From a virus, in the IMG/VR virus record IMGVR_UViG_3300027804_000049, positions 50,611 to 114,610 of that record: a DNA stretch of 64,000 nt; one strand, given 5' to 3'. The notes under the pieces are model-generated. The model worked only from the letters and a program-made list of their open reading frames with translations, made no database searches and had not been told where the DNA came from. The position numbers and the translations under genes were made by a program. Below, in pieces: positions 9,601 to 18,408 of the stretch (position 1 is the first letter of the stretch; each line of letters begins with the position of its first letter).

Positions 9601-11792
9601 TTTGTATTGATGCCTTGTAATTGAAGTGCGTCACGAATTCCTTCGACTGGAACTTCGTATGTTCCTGTGTCGAGATTATCTGGATTATAGATTAAAAATA
9701 CAGATCCTGATCCGTCTGTAATTGCAATCTCAAATTGCTCAAGCAAATCTGCTGTAATAAACTCTCGCGCGATGTACTCTGGATTGTCAGAGTATCCATT
9801 TTCATCCAAGTCCGCAACGCTTGGCTCATACGGATTAGGATCAATAGCATAGTAGTCAGTGTTACCACCAAAATCATTTGGAATATTGTAAATTAACTCA
9901 CCTGGAAGAGGGCTTTGCTCGCCTGCGCTGTCATCTCTCTCTAGAGGGTTTGCTGCCTTTTGCTCTATCTCTTCTGGTGTTGATGATTCCTTAATTTGAG
10001 AGATTTCTTCAAATATGTCATCAATTAACGCTTGTTCATCTGGGTCTGGTTTTCCGCCCGCTGCGTCATGTAACTTGTTTAGGTTGTTGCGATTCCCATT
10101 AACTGCGTCATAAGCATTTGCAATAACGCGATTAGGATCTCCACCTGCTAAAAATATTGCGTTATATAAAGCTTCAGCTGGAACAAATTCGTCACCTTTA
10201 TTAAATTCTAGCTGTCCTGCCCCGCTACCATTTGCGCGTCCTGCAGCAGGGGCAGGAGAGTCGACAACATCATCAACTTCTTCAAGTTCTAGTAACTCAC
10301 CGTCATCGCCAATGCTTGACTCAATAATTTCGTTAAAAATCGCATCGTCTCTGTCGCCAATTAACGCTTGAGTAAGCGCGACACTGAGTTGAGGAAGTGT
10401 GTACTTCACCGCTAGACGGTCTGGGTCGTCTGTAAAGTCTGTTGATTCTTCGTCAACGCGACCATCAGGCTCAAAGTCAACTGTGCGTAATTGAAATGCG
10501 CCGCTAGGAACATCAAACTCATTGAAAAGTGCAGGAGCATTAGGTGCGCTAAGATTTTGTGGAATTACAGCTTTAGGCTCTCCATCTTGAGCTTTAACAC
10601 TTTCCTTAAACTTGTCATAGTCAGGCGAGTCCTTCTCTGCAAGAGATTGTGCCTCTGCCCATGATTCAACATCTCCAACCTTGTCACCAGTATTTCCGTC
10701 CTTATCAAGACGATGAAGTGCAAAGCCAGACTCATTTGGAATTAGCTTATAATCATCATCAGATGTGAAAGACCCATCGTCCTGTTTTGTCCATCCTGTA
10801 GGCGCATCAACCTTTGTCTTAAGTAGGTCGTCAAGAGTTGGAATATCTTTAGAGGAAGCTTCCTTTGCGGTTGGCTTACGGGTTGATGGCTCTCTACTTA
10901 TCTTTTCTCTCTTTAAAGTTTCTTTTGATATACGCGCCTTAACTGGAGTGGCATTAGCGCTTTCAATCGAGTAAATTCCGTCTGGTATCGTGTTATCTCC
11001 ACGAACTTCAATATAACCTGCATTAACTATTTCCTTACCTTCAAATATTGAATATCCACTATTAGCATTTATACCAACAAAATTTCCTGCCGCATTTCCA
11101 ATATCTCCATTAGGAAGTCTAAAGTTAAAGTTAAGTCCTCGACCCATTTCGACCCAACGTCCATAACGGTCACGCCACTGCAATGCAACACGCGCACGAC
11201 GGGCCACACTTGAGTTTCCACTTGAAAAACCAAATGCAGCTACTAAAGTTTTAATTGGACTATCATCAATCTTAAAGAATGAAGAAACCGCTCCTGCCAG
11301 TGTAACGCGTAAGCGAGCAAATGCGTGGCGACGTTGAATTGATCCTGGCTCAAGCGAGTGAGCGGTTGCAATTAAAGGACGAACTGAGTTATCAATAGAC
11401 GGATCTGACGAAAGCCATTGAGCGTATCTTTCTTGAGCAATATCACTTGATGCAGTTACATTTAATAAGGACCTAGGGTGGCCAATTGGTAGTAGGTCAA
11501 TATTAGATGAATACTCGTATGCCTTAAACGTATCTTGATGTGCTGTAATAAACTTTGCAACCTCGCGAAGTACGCCAAGCTCGCGTGACTTATCTGACAA
11601 CGATGAAAGACTGGCATTTGCGCGATTCATAACTGTAAGCGCATTGCGAGGAATAACTCGACGCTCAATTGGAGTGTTCTTATTTGCCTCTGCTACAAGA
11701 GATAAAACCTTTTTACGAAGAGATAAAGGTTTATATCCCTTTGGGTAGATTGCCTTACGATCTACCATCTTACTTATTAACTCTTCGTACAT
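6603..11792 (-). CDS. Large polyvalent virion-associated protein (KOW/SH3-like, GNAT-like, C-terminal HipA/PI3K-like kinase)
   Basis: 1729 aa. Kinase motifs FYVK, NQDRHDGNW, FPVDN. GNAT-like KTGFATAF..GIKKVEVYA..GGFVWALSGF. Duplicated internal domain. Inside the head operon. Confidence 0.65.
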   Translation of the reverse strand: MYEELISKMVDRKAIYPKGYKPLSLRKKVLSLVAEANKNTPIERRVIPRNALTVMNRANASLSSLSDKSRELGVLREVAKFITAHQDTFKAYEYSSNIDLLPIGHPRSLLNVTASSDIAQERYAQWLSSDPSIDNSVRPLIATAHSLEPGSIQRRHAFARLRVTLAGAVSSFFKIDDSPIKTLVAAFGFSSGNSSVARRARVALQWRDRYGRWVEMGRGLNFNFRLPNGDIGNAAGNFVGINANSGYSIFEGKEIVNAGYIEVRGDNTIPDGIYSIESANATPVKARISKETLKREKISREPSTRKPTAKEASSKDIPTLDDLLKTKVDAPTGWTKQDDGSFTSDDDYKLIPNESGFALHRLDKDGNTGDKVGDVESWAEAQSLAEKDSPDYDKFKESVKAQDGEPKAVIPQNLSAPNAPALFNEFDVPSGAFQLRTVDFEPDGRVDEESTDFTDDPDRLAVKYTLPQLSVALTQALIGDRDDAIFNEIIESSIGDDGELLELEEVDDVVDSPAPAAGRANGSGAGQLEFNKGDEFVPAEALYNAIFLAGGDPNRVIANAYDAVNGNRNNLNKLHDAAGGKPDPDEQALIDDIFEEISQIKESSTPEEIEQKAANPLERDDSAGEQSPLPGELIYNIPNDFGGNTDYYAIDPNPYEPSVADLDENGYSDNPEYIAREFITADLLEQFEIAITDGSGSVFLIYNPDNLDTGTYEVPVEGIRDALQLQGINTNDVLERISRESNDFEEAPEPAQVPESPQVANMFNDNIDAIKDFYDIGNDLFPSGINVISYLPSDGSLAYVDPWEDLYIARDGSITKLTVSQDWFSDPRGAGQAGWRDLTPQERESIYQTNVDAEEKEEETPATPEPEAPAAPAAPAAPQYVYPGPKEPGYSPNNTTRDRDGAVVGKGARVKALKDGQVGTVVAVQNDPEYLRIRFDDGSTAVRSASKVLAISDASGKAPTVVEAESQPSARDVQERLDAPVAAPPRIARSGETAGVNDDSTIPDYIKDRTNKDAVQSDFSAWGSRDAEIAKAANERISLKSLEEQVSTFSRILNEGDAAASREAKDRLTEIVGDIYGVREGVTFGGELFSLSINNLSTNVTPLSGATEEEIANGRFDYTINTSMVVRDVSGTAVGEIQRYLVVKKKVDENGNVVIADSYAKNQYLRVGRKKTGFATAFNRYTENWYIANGIKKVEVYAAGGREYQGGFVWALSGFNWKNSAEIINMSDFRRQVRNKEEESDVEILVEKLKAAKLPNGEYDMSRVPTPMEFARVGWRPGANDWLGKRVLISESWNGTKNLEPTAKEQVQAANNSQIGNAEKRVKSKQNIPNVSSDGIAVIESDAFRNSPQVSPYYSQIRDVIRNNRSLATLSPSAKNALNDYISQQILDKDRSMPLDDVFRLREGLTNEYIADHGYSDPFNSAEVLSQLRVQDFFDDVGGSGTKLKDSGFSARQLSGVESGVNATFEVTHIASGQVFYVKNDNFVSNFSDTDAGVTELEASILLKAAGMQGIHDVRVGRNDRNMVVMSRAGSVIPLVNEAVNASTAFRKGVKNARGEDVNVSNPVTFVTSLDAPEDLIRMSILDMLGNNQDRHDGNWMVAFDQVTNKLRIFPVDNTVGELKKDTTSIEEYFQGGTIQEADVYLEHIPVMLRRIGQEGMIKIYKNETDKIVRNLNNPLYQPKGFEMDKIIEKWGTYDAFKDAMTARLKSLTTKGTNEYKALENVMDLEYWD

Positions 11793-13186
11793 TAGCTATA
11801 TTTTTTCTTTGGAAGCAGATCTGCATCTTGCGAGTCATAAAGATCTGTTGCAAGTTCATATGCTCTACTAAATGGAACGTCTCCGTCACGAACACCGCGT
11901 AGCCATGCACCGCGCAACGCAGGAATTATCTCGTAGCCAAGACCGGAGTACTCTGCCATCGAGTAAATTGCATGCTCTGGAGAACCGTATTCATCAAGTG
12001 ACTTTAATGCAACCTGCATAAGCTCATGCTGCATCATTGAAGCCTCTGCCCTTGAGGACTTTGGATGTGCCTTTGGTAAAAGATCATTGTCCTGCTTGTA
12101 ATTTGGATTTGCAGGAGACCCTGAGCGTAAAAGTTTTAGAAACGCGTTAACGCGAGCCATGGCCCAGCCGTCGCGAGTCATGCCTGGTCTATGGCTAGAT
12201 GAAAATGCGCCTGACCCTCTGCGATACACTGCCTTTAACATTGGTAACGTTGCCTTACGTCCTGGCTTTGCGTTCTTGTTGTGCTCTACTATCTTTTTAC
12301 GAAGTGAATTTTCTGTTTTTTGTGAGAATACAATTTTCTTTCCACCTGAGGCTGATCCCTTTGGATTTTTCTTTGATCCGTAGATGCGGTCTTTTTTAGG
12401 AGCGCGGCGCGATGCTGCAAGTGAGCTGTCCGCTGCATCAACAGGAACACAGTTTGGAACCATGTTTCCGTTCTTGCCCTTCTTCATTCCGACTTGCTTG
12501 TATCCGTCCCAACAAGGGCTCTTTCCAGCTGCAATTAAGGCGTTGTACTCTTCGTATGAGCTTAGATCATCAAATGCCTCATTAAAGGCATCAACGCTTG
12601 CCGTATCTTTACTGCCTGCGGTAACAACTCCGTCAGGAATCAACGCGAAGCGGCAGTAGCCTTCTGGCTCAACCTCGGCGGCAATAATCTTACACTCGCT
12701 GCCGCCAACATATAAAATACAGTTGGCGCACTTAACGCCAATCTCCTTGTTTTCATTATTAGCGGCAGATTCATATCCTGCCCAAACACCTGTGTCATCA
12801 GAGTTAAACTTTCCATATTTTTGAGTAATTTCAATAAGCGCGTCGGCAAGATCTTGCTCCTCAGGAACAACAATTCCTGCAGCTAATAAAGCGTCCTCCT
12901 GCTCAATCTTAAATGTTTCATACATCTCGTCGCGAGCGTGATCGTCGTAGTCTTCGCTATACACGTTTATCGACTTCATACGCATTGGACACATACATGT
13001 AATTGGGCAAGGGCATTGACCTGACGGACAATTTTCGCATGAACAGTCGTTTTCATCGCAGTAAAGGCAGTCATCAACAGCTGCCTGTTCGTCCATATCA
13101 GACGAGTCTTCATTTATCTTTGAATAAAGATCTGCCATACGTAGCAAAAGCTCAGCTGCTTCTTGCTTGGTGTTATCGTCATGCAT
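11792..13186 (-). CDS. Multimodular head-associated protein
   Basis: Probable start ATG 13186 after GAGGT (ORF track starts at 13201). Modules: Cys-rich N-term, KCANC..CKII..GYCRF, PCWDGY..VPNCVP, LKAVYRRGSGAF..WAMARVNAFL. Confidence 0.7.
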   Translation of the reverse strand: MHDDNTKQEAAELLLRMADLYSKINEDSSDMDEQAAVDDCLYCDENDCSCENCPSGQCPCPITCMCPMRMKSINVYSEDYDDHARDEMYETFKIEQEDALLAAGIVVPEEQDLADALIEITQKYGKFNSDDTGVWAGYESAANNENKEIGVKCANCILYVGGSECKIIAAEVEPEGYCRFALIPDGVVTAGSKDTASVDAFNEAFDDLSSYEEYNALIAAGKSPCWDGYKQVGMKKGKNGNMVPNCVPVDAADSSLAASRRAPKKDRIYGSKKNPKGSASGGKKIVFSQKTENSLRKKIVEHNKNAKPGRKATLPMLKAVYRRGSGAFSSSHRPGMTRDGWAMARVNAFLKLLRSGSPANPNYKQDNDLLPKAHPKSSRAEASMMQHELMQVALKSLDEYGSPEHAIYSMAEYSGLGYEIIPALRGAWLRGVRDGDVPFSRAYELATDLYDSQDADLLPKKKYS

Positions 13187-14870
13187 TTGGAGGTACCTCA
13201 TTTGGGGGAGTTGCTTGCTCTGGTGTTGCTGGTGTTGCTGGTGTTTGTTGTGCTGCCTGCTCTAAGATTTGTTCAATCTCTGGTGGAACTGGCGCTATGG
13301 ATTGTGCCTGTTGAACTTCGCGAAGCTTATTCATAAGTTCAGGTGATACTGCACTTATCATCTGCTCGGTAAGCTCTGGTGATATTGAACCCTTTTCTAT
13401 CAAAAGACGAAGTGCTAGTTCCTTTGACTCTGGAGCATCAGAGCTTGCAAAACCGTGAGCGCGTCTCCAGGCATCAAATGAAACTGCCATGCGATCAAAC
13501 CCGGAGTCTGCGTCTGCAGCTCTATCATTACGTGTTGCAACTTGAGATGGGTCATACCAGAGACAGACGCGCTTAACGTCTTCCTCTCTAAAACCTGCAG
13601 AGATGAGCGCGGGACGAAGATACATAACTGTCAACGCGTCAACAATGATAAGCATCATTGGCTCAATGTGCGCCTTATATAGTGCCTCATCAATTTGTAA
13701 GGCATTGGAGTATTTAACGTTGGCTAAACCTGTAACAACATCCTTTGGCACGTCTAGACCTTGAAGGATACGCTCTAACACACGGTCAGCGCGTTGCGCA
13801 AGTGATGGGTCAAACGATCTTTCAAACTTAAACTGCTTGATTCTGTCACCAAGCTCTGCAGGACCGCGAATGATAAGAGGAACAACTGCGGATGCAGAAT
13901 CCTCGTCACGAATTGGAGTAGTCATTGCATCAATGAGTTGATCTTCAAACTCGTCAGCTGCCTCCTCGGCAGTCATGCCAGGACTTAACTCGTTCTCATC
14001 ATCATAAGGATAATCTGGGTCTGGACTTGCTGCAACTGAAAGTCCATCTGGCAAATAAAGAGCGCCAGCGTTAAGTCGTGAGCGTGCGGTTGCTCTAAAG
14101 GTACGATTTAGAAGTAGAAGCTCTGCGCAAAGATCGAGTAGACCGCGCATGCTCGAATCTGCTTCCTCGGAGTAACGTGGGTGAGCTCTCCAAATGCGTC
14201 CAACAAAACTTGTATTTGGAAGCTTTAATGCGGCAGCTGCGTTTTTGCCGCCTGATGTAACAACGTCACGACGTGGAATTATTAGATATTGATTACGTGC
14301 ATCAACTTGAAGCTCGTCTGTTGAGCGAATATCCCAGCTTTCAGGAACACCCGTTCCTTTACGTGCAGGGAATTGAACAAGATAGCACTCACCTGAAACC
14401 GATAGGTTTAGGGCTGCATCTCGTAATAGTCCAGCCTGTCCGCCGTATGCAGAGTCTAATCGCGCTAACGCGCGCTCTGCAGCAGCAGCTAATCTCTGAT
14501 CAACAACATCACTGTTGTTTACAGGGACAGGCGACTCCGCGGGATTATCAACCGCGGCTGCATAAAGACGAATACGTGAAACAACTGATGCAACAAGGTT
14601 AAATGCATACTTAACTTCGCCAATGGCGTCATAGTACTCCCAGGCTTCACTCTGCCAATCAGAGGATCCGCCTGTTCTACGTTGCTTAAATCTTTCAACC
14701 TCGCCCTTATCATTTATGGCGATTTGTACTGCCGCTGCAGTTATAGGTCGCGGAGCAGAGTATGGTAATGATTGCGCGTATGACATATCAGAAATGACAA
14801 CGGGAGTTGTTACATTACGTTGTGGTCTTTGATTACGAGGAGGAAATTCCTCGCGACGAAAAATTGCCAC
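13179..14870 (-). CDS. Portal protein
   Basis: 563 aa; WQSEAWEYYDAIGEVKY..SRIRLY, GRIWRAHP, ARSRLNAG as in actinophage portals; between TerL and head genes. Confidence 0.88.
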   Translation of the reverse strand: MAIFRREEFPPRNQRPQRNVTTPVVISDMSYAQSLPYSAPRPITAAAVQIAINDKGEVERFKQRRTGGSSDWQSEAWEYYDAIGEVKYAFNLVASVVSRIRLYAAAVDNPAESPVPVNNSDVVDQRLAAAAERALARLDSAYGGQAGLLRDAALNLSVSGECYLVQFPARKGTGVPESWDIRSTDELQVDARNQYLIIPRRDVVTSGGKNAAAALKLPNTSFVGRIWRAHPRYSEEADSSMRGLLDLCAELLLLNRTFRATARSRLNAGALYLPDGLSVAASPDPDYPYDDENELSPGMTAEEAADEFEDQLIDAMTTPIRDEDSASAVVPLIIRGPAELGDRIKQFKFERSFDPSLAQRADRVLERILQGLDVPKDVVTGLANVKYSNALQIDEALYKAHIEPMMLIIVDALTVMYLRPALISAGFREEDVKRVCLWYDPSQVATRNDRAADADSGFDRMAVSFDAWRRAHGFASSDAPESKELALRLLIEKGSISPELTEQMISAVSPELMNKLREVQQAQSIAPVPPEIEQILEQAAQQTPATPATPEQATPPNEVPPNA

Positions 14871-14911
14871 TTATAAAACTCCTGTCATTAAGATAACGGA
14901 ACGCATTAACA

Positions 14912-15223
14912 TTACCTGTCAAGTCGTGCGGTTATTAAGCCTGCTAGCGCAGACAGGGCAAATATACACCCTATTAGGAATACCGTACTTGGAAAAAACG
15001 CGTAAAAAACCATAGTTGGAAGTGCGATCCAAAGGGATATACACCACTCACAGGTAAACAGGTATCCGATTGAGCTTGAGTGCGCAGGTTTCTTACTAAA
15101 GACCCAGTCACGCACGGGTTCGAATATTGTGTCAATTATTACCAGGCGCGTTAGGCGATAAACCAAGAGCGCAAGCACGACGAAGTGAAGGGCTGACATA
15201 TTTTCTATTTCATATAGGTTCAT
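14912..15223 (-). CDS. DUF1360-like membrane protein
   Basis: YRLTRLVIIDTIFEPVR..LFTCEWCISLW; hydrophobic; next to portal. Confidence 0.7.
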   Translation of the reverse strand: MNLYEIENMSALHFVVLALLVYRLTRLVIIDTIFEPVRDWVFSKKPAHSSSIGYLFTCEWCISLWIALPTMVFYAFFPSTVFLIGCIFALSALAGLITARLDR

Positions 15224-15603
15224 GATGTTGGGTCCTTTATTGAGTCCATTGTTTTATAAGGGCTAAATGACCGTAGGCGACTGCCACAGGTACATCCTTG
15301 CACGTGCTTAAATGCAACTATCTTCCCAGATACGGTAAGCGCCTGGGAGTCAAGTTTTTTATCTCCGGACCAGTTTAGATCCGCGAGTCGTTCTGAGAAT
15401 ATAAGGCGAGGTCCTCCTGAGGCGTCTGCCGCAACAACAAGGACCATGCTTGAATCATCCTGCATAACTATCGTTCTTACTCTCTCAAGATAGCGGCCTC
15501 CGTTTGGAACCTTACTTGAGGTTGTTGCTTCCTTAAAATCTTCCATTACGTTTGCGGGGATTGCAACTATCGTGGATGGAAAGAAGTCATGGATAATCTT
15601 CAT
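15220..15603 (-). CDS. Hypothetical protein
   Basis: 127-aa ORF with 4-nt overlaps to both neighbours; C-terminal GCTCGS. Confidence 0.7.
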   Translation of the reverse strand: MKIIHDFFPSTIVAIPANVMEDFKEATTSSKVPNGGRYLERVRTIVMQDDSSMVLVVAADASGGPRLIFSERLADLNWSGDKKLDSQALTVSGKIVAFKHVQGCTCGSRLRSFSPYKTMDSIKDPTS

Positions 15604-16088
15604 ACTGTAAGCGCCCGATCTACTCTACGTTTCATTGCTCGATAGGTAACGCCTGAGACGCGGGCGAGCTCTGAGACCGTGACTCCCTTTAGGTATAGGT
15701 TCTTGGCGAGACTTGAAAGTTCGTGATTGGCATTAAATGAGGCTGAGGCTGGTGACGTGCGGGAACGATAACGTCTTGCCAGCGGTGATAATCTTGCGAT
15801 GCGTAACTGCTCATCAATTGGGATTCCTGGACTCTTAGGACGAATACGTCTTATACGTGGCGCCTTAAGAGGCACGTGGGGAATAGGTGAGATTGAGGTT
15901 TGATTCTTTACGTTGCGAACTGCCCAGGAACGTATAGTTGATCGCGTCTTTATGGGAGTAAAGGCATTTGCAATTGATTGATATGACCAGCCTACTGCAA
16001 CAAGCTCTTGAACTCTAAAACACAAGGCGTCCTTTGTAAGTGTTATGAGCAGATCTCTCTCGCTTTTAGGCAGTAGCGGTGCGGCCAT
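15600..16088 (-). CDS. Tandem HTH DNA-binding protein
   Basis: GWSYQSIANAF and GVTVSELARVSGVTYRAMKRRV. Confidence 0.65.
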   Translation of the reverse strand: MAAPLLPKSERDLLITLTKDALCFRVQELVAVGWSYQSIANAFTPIKTRSTIRSWAVRNVKNQTSISPIPHVPLKAPRIRRIRPKSPGIPIDEQLRIARLSPLARRYRSRTSPASASFNANHELSSLAKNLYLKGVTVSELARVSGVTYRAMKRRVDRALTV

Positions 16089-16146
16089 GGAGTTACCTTA
16101 ACACGCGCTCGTCAAAGCGTGTACAAACTGCTCGGTGTTTTGTACT

Positions 16147-17553
16147 TTATCGTACACGAAACCCACCTTTTCCTCCGCGAAAGGAAGGAAGCTTTCTTGA
16201 GGCAAGAGACTTTGCAGTTATATGTCCGCCAAGGAATCCTGCAGGAGGCTTAATAAGAAGCGCGGTTAATGCGTGAACAAGTGCATCAACTCGATCTGGA
16301 GATCTTGATGTTTCACCAGGGATCCAGGTTGTCATCTGACTCTCAAGCTCTGGAAGATAGTTAATATGGTGAACACGATTTTGCTCGTAGGCAAGAGTCA
16401 CTGGCTCTGCACGTAGTGCCTTGCCATACTTTGAGTGAACCTCTAATACCTTTACGTTTGGGTCAATGGTATTTATTGCATTACGAACTAAGGCGCCACC
16501 TTGATTTACTTCCGCTACAACGGGGCAACCCCACTTGCGTGCCATTTGCACAACCTTGTTTGCCCAAACATCAGGAGATCCGTGAACTGTTGCGTCCTCA
16601 AGGATCCAGGAGTTACGCTTGTATAAATCGCGCTCGCCTGTTGATGCGCAAACAACAATTCCGCACTCATCGCGCGGATTCTCTGCAACCGATGGGTCAA
16701 CGCCAATTACGCGTAGTGGAGCTCCAATTGGAAGTTGCGTCTCACGACCGCGATCTATAAGTTCAATTGTCCAAAGAGCTCCTTCAATATCTGAAAGCAT
16801 CTCTCCGTAGAGTTCCTGTTGCGCAAGACGTGTTCCTTCATATACACCCATAATTGCACTTATATATGACTCAGATAGGTTTCCACGGTTATCCATGGTT
16901 GAGCCTTTGGTAACGATTACCTTGTCTGGCTGCTTCTTACTTTCATTTATAAGTTGATATAGAAGTGGAACGCGCTTAGGTGTCGTCGTGATTAAGATCT
17001 TTGGCTTTAACCCAAGACGTGTACCAACGCGTAAGTTATCAAACGCAGTCATACCTGCCGCGTCGGGAGTTTGACGCCAGGCGGCAACCTCATCACCCCA
17101 GGCATGCGTGAATTGAGGACCGCGAAGCGAGTCAGGCTCGTCTGCTGTGAAGAGCGTTGCGGTGTTTCCATTAGGCCAAGTAAGACGACGCTTTGAAGGT
17201 TCGTAGTGCGGGCGCTCGCTTGGTGGCGTGATATTTATGATTCCTGATTCGCCTTCTACGATAACGTCACGAACGTCTGCGGCGGTACGCGCAACGAGCG
17301 CGAAGCGAAGTTGTCCTTTATTCGTATACCTTGCCTGCTCTCTTACCCACTCTGCTGCAAGGCGCGTCTTACCAAAACCGCGACCTGCAAGTACAAGCCA
17401 GATGTTCCAGTCATCACCTACGGGAGACTGCTGCTCAGGACGACCCCAAAACGACCAGTCCCAAGGAAGGGTCTCTTGATCAAGTCCACTTAATATCGCA
17501 TCACGTTCCTCCTCGGAAAGTATTGCGATCTGCTCGGCTATGCTTTTGCCCAT
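16147..17553 (-). CDS. terL: Terminase large subunit
   Basis: Walker A AGRGFGKT, LRGPQF..WGDE Walker B, TTTP, nuclease VIGVDP and SPDRVDA. Start probably ATG 17553 (TACTAT-N6-ATG). Confidence 0.95.
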   Translation of the reverse strand: MGKSIAEQIAILSEEERDAILSGLDQETLPWDWSFWGRPEQQSPVGDDWNIWLVLAGRGFGKTRLAAEWVREQARYTNKGQLRFALVARTAADVRDVIVEGESGIINITPPSERPHYEPSKRRLTWPNGNTATLFTADEPDSLRGPQFTHAWGDEVAAWRQTPDAAGMTAFDNLRVGTRLGLKPKILITTTPKRVPLLYQLINESKKQPDKVIVTKGSTMDNRGNLSESYISAIMGVYEGTRLAQQELYGEMLSDIEGALWTIELIDRGRETQLPIGAPLRVIGVDPSVAENPRDECGIVVCASTGERDLYKRNSWILEDATVHGSPDVWANKVVQMARKWGCPVVAEVNQGGALVRNAINTIDPNVKVLEVHSKYGKALRAEPVTLAYEQNRVHHINYLPELESQMTTWIPGETSRSPDRVDALVHALTALLIKPPAGFLGGHITAKSLASRKLPSFRGGKGGFRVR

Positions 17554-17818
17554 GTACAAATAGTACAATAAGATGCGCTTATTGATTTGTGTACAAAAAC
17601 GCAGATTCAGTACCTTAAGGTTAAGTGCCTTGGACGTGAGAAAGCGCCCTGCATTACGGGAGCGCTTTGCGAAAACGTCTCCAACATTTTTTACAATTTT
17701 TCATATTTTTCTGTTTTCTGTCAAGAGCATAAGGCATTGCCTCTACAAAAAATTGTTTTGTAGATTGTTCCAAAGGTATAGTTGCTTGCTTATTAGTTGC
17801 TTTGTCTTAGAAATACTT

Positions 17819-17849
17819 CAGGCTAGCACCTTTGTAAGATGCTAGCCTG
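17819..17849 (-). terminator. Hairpin, probable terminator
   Basis: CAGGCTAGCA-N11-TGCTAGCCTG after the 17867 gene. Confidence 0.55.
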
Positions 17850-17866
17850 TGACTAGTAGATGTATG

Positions 17867-18382
17867 TTAGTTCAAGTTAATCTCTACGTTGTTGTCACCT
17901 TCAAACAACTTGGTGAATGTGTCAGCGTCAACGTTGCCAGTTGCATTAAGTCCTTTGTCAACCTGGAACTTAGTGACTGCTAGTTTTGTAAGATCACCTA
18001 GCCAGCCATCACGATCTGCGTACGCTTCGTTGTAGCCAAGCTCAACAAGGCGACGTTGTACGTGATGAACGGTTAAGCTCTTACGTGCAAACTTGTTCTT
18101 GTAGACACAGTTGCTGAGAAACACTGAGTCCTTTTCACCAGAGGAAACAACGTGGTGTGAACTTGCCTTAGGCTTATTAACCTTTGGCTGTTCAACAACT
18201 TCTACCGCAACCGCAGGTTCAGGTTCAGGTTCAGGTTCAGGTTCAGGTTCAGGAACTACAACTACAACAGGTTCAGGTTCAGGTTCAGGTACTACTTCTA
18301 CTGAAGTTGGTTCTACCTCAACAGGAGCTGGTGCCGCAGCATCAACTTCTAGCTCAGTAGGTTGAATGTTTTCTTCGCTCAT
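17867..18382 (-). CDS. Peptidoglycan-binding domain protein with PE-repeat N-terminus
   Basis: VHHVQRRLVELGY..DGWLGDLTKLAVTKFQVDKGLNATGNVD (PG_binding_1 pattern); (PE)n. Confidence 0.8.
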   Translation of the reverse strand: MSEENIQPTELEVDAAAPAPVEVEPTSVEVVPEPEPEPVVVVVPEPEPEPEPEPEPAVAVEVVEQPKVNKPKASSHHVVSSGEKDSVFLSNCVYKNKFARKSLTVHHVQRRLVELGYNEAYADRDGWLGDLTKLAVTKFQVDKGLNATGNVDADTFTKLFEGDNNVEINLN

Positions 18383-18408
18383 GGATTTAATATAATCCTA
18401 TCTCGTGA

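Noticed and set aside
17573-17845. 90-aa + strand ORF or pac site upstream of terL
   Set aside because: No RBS and non-protein-like composition; only weak hairpins, so a pac site cannot be supported.
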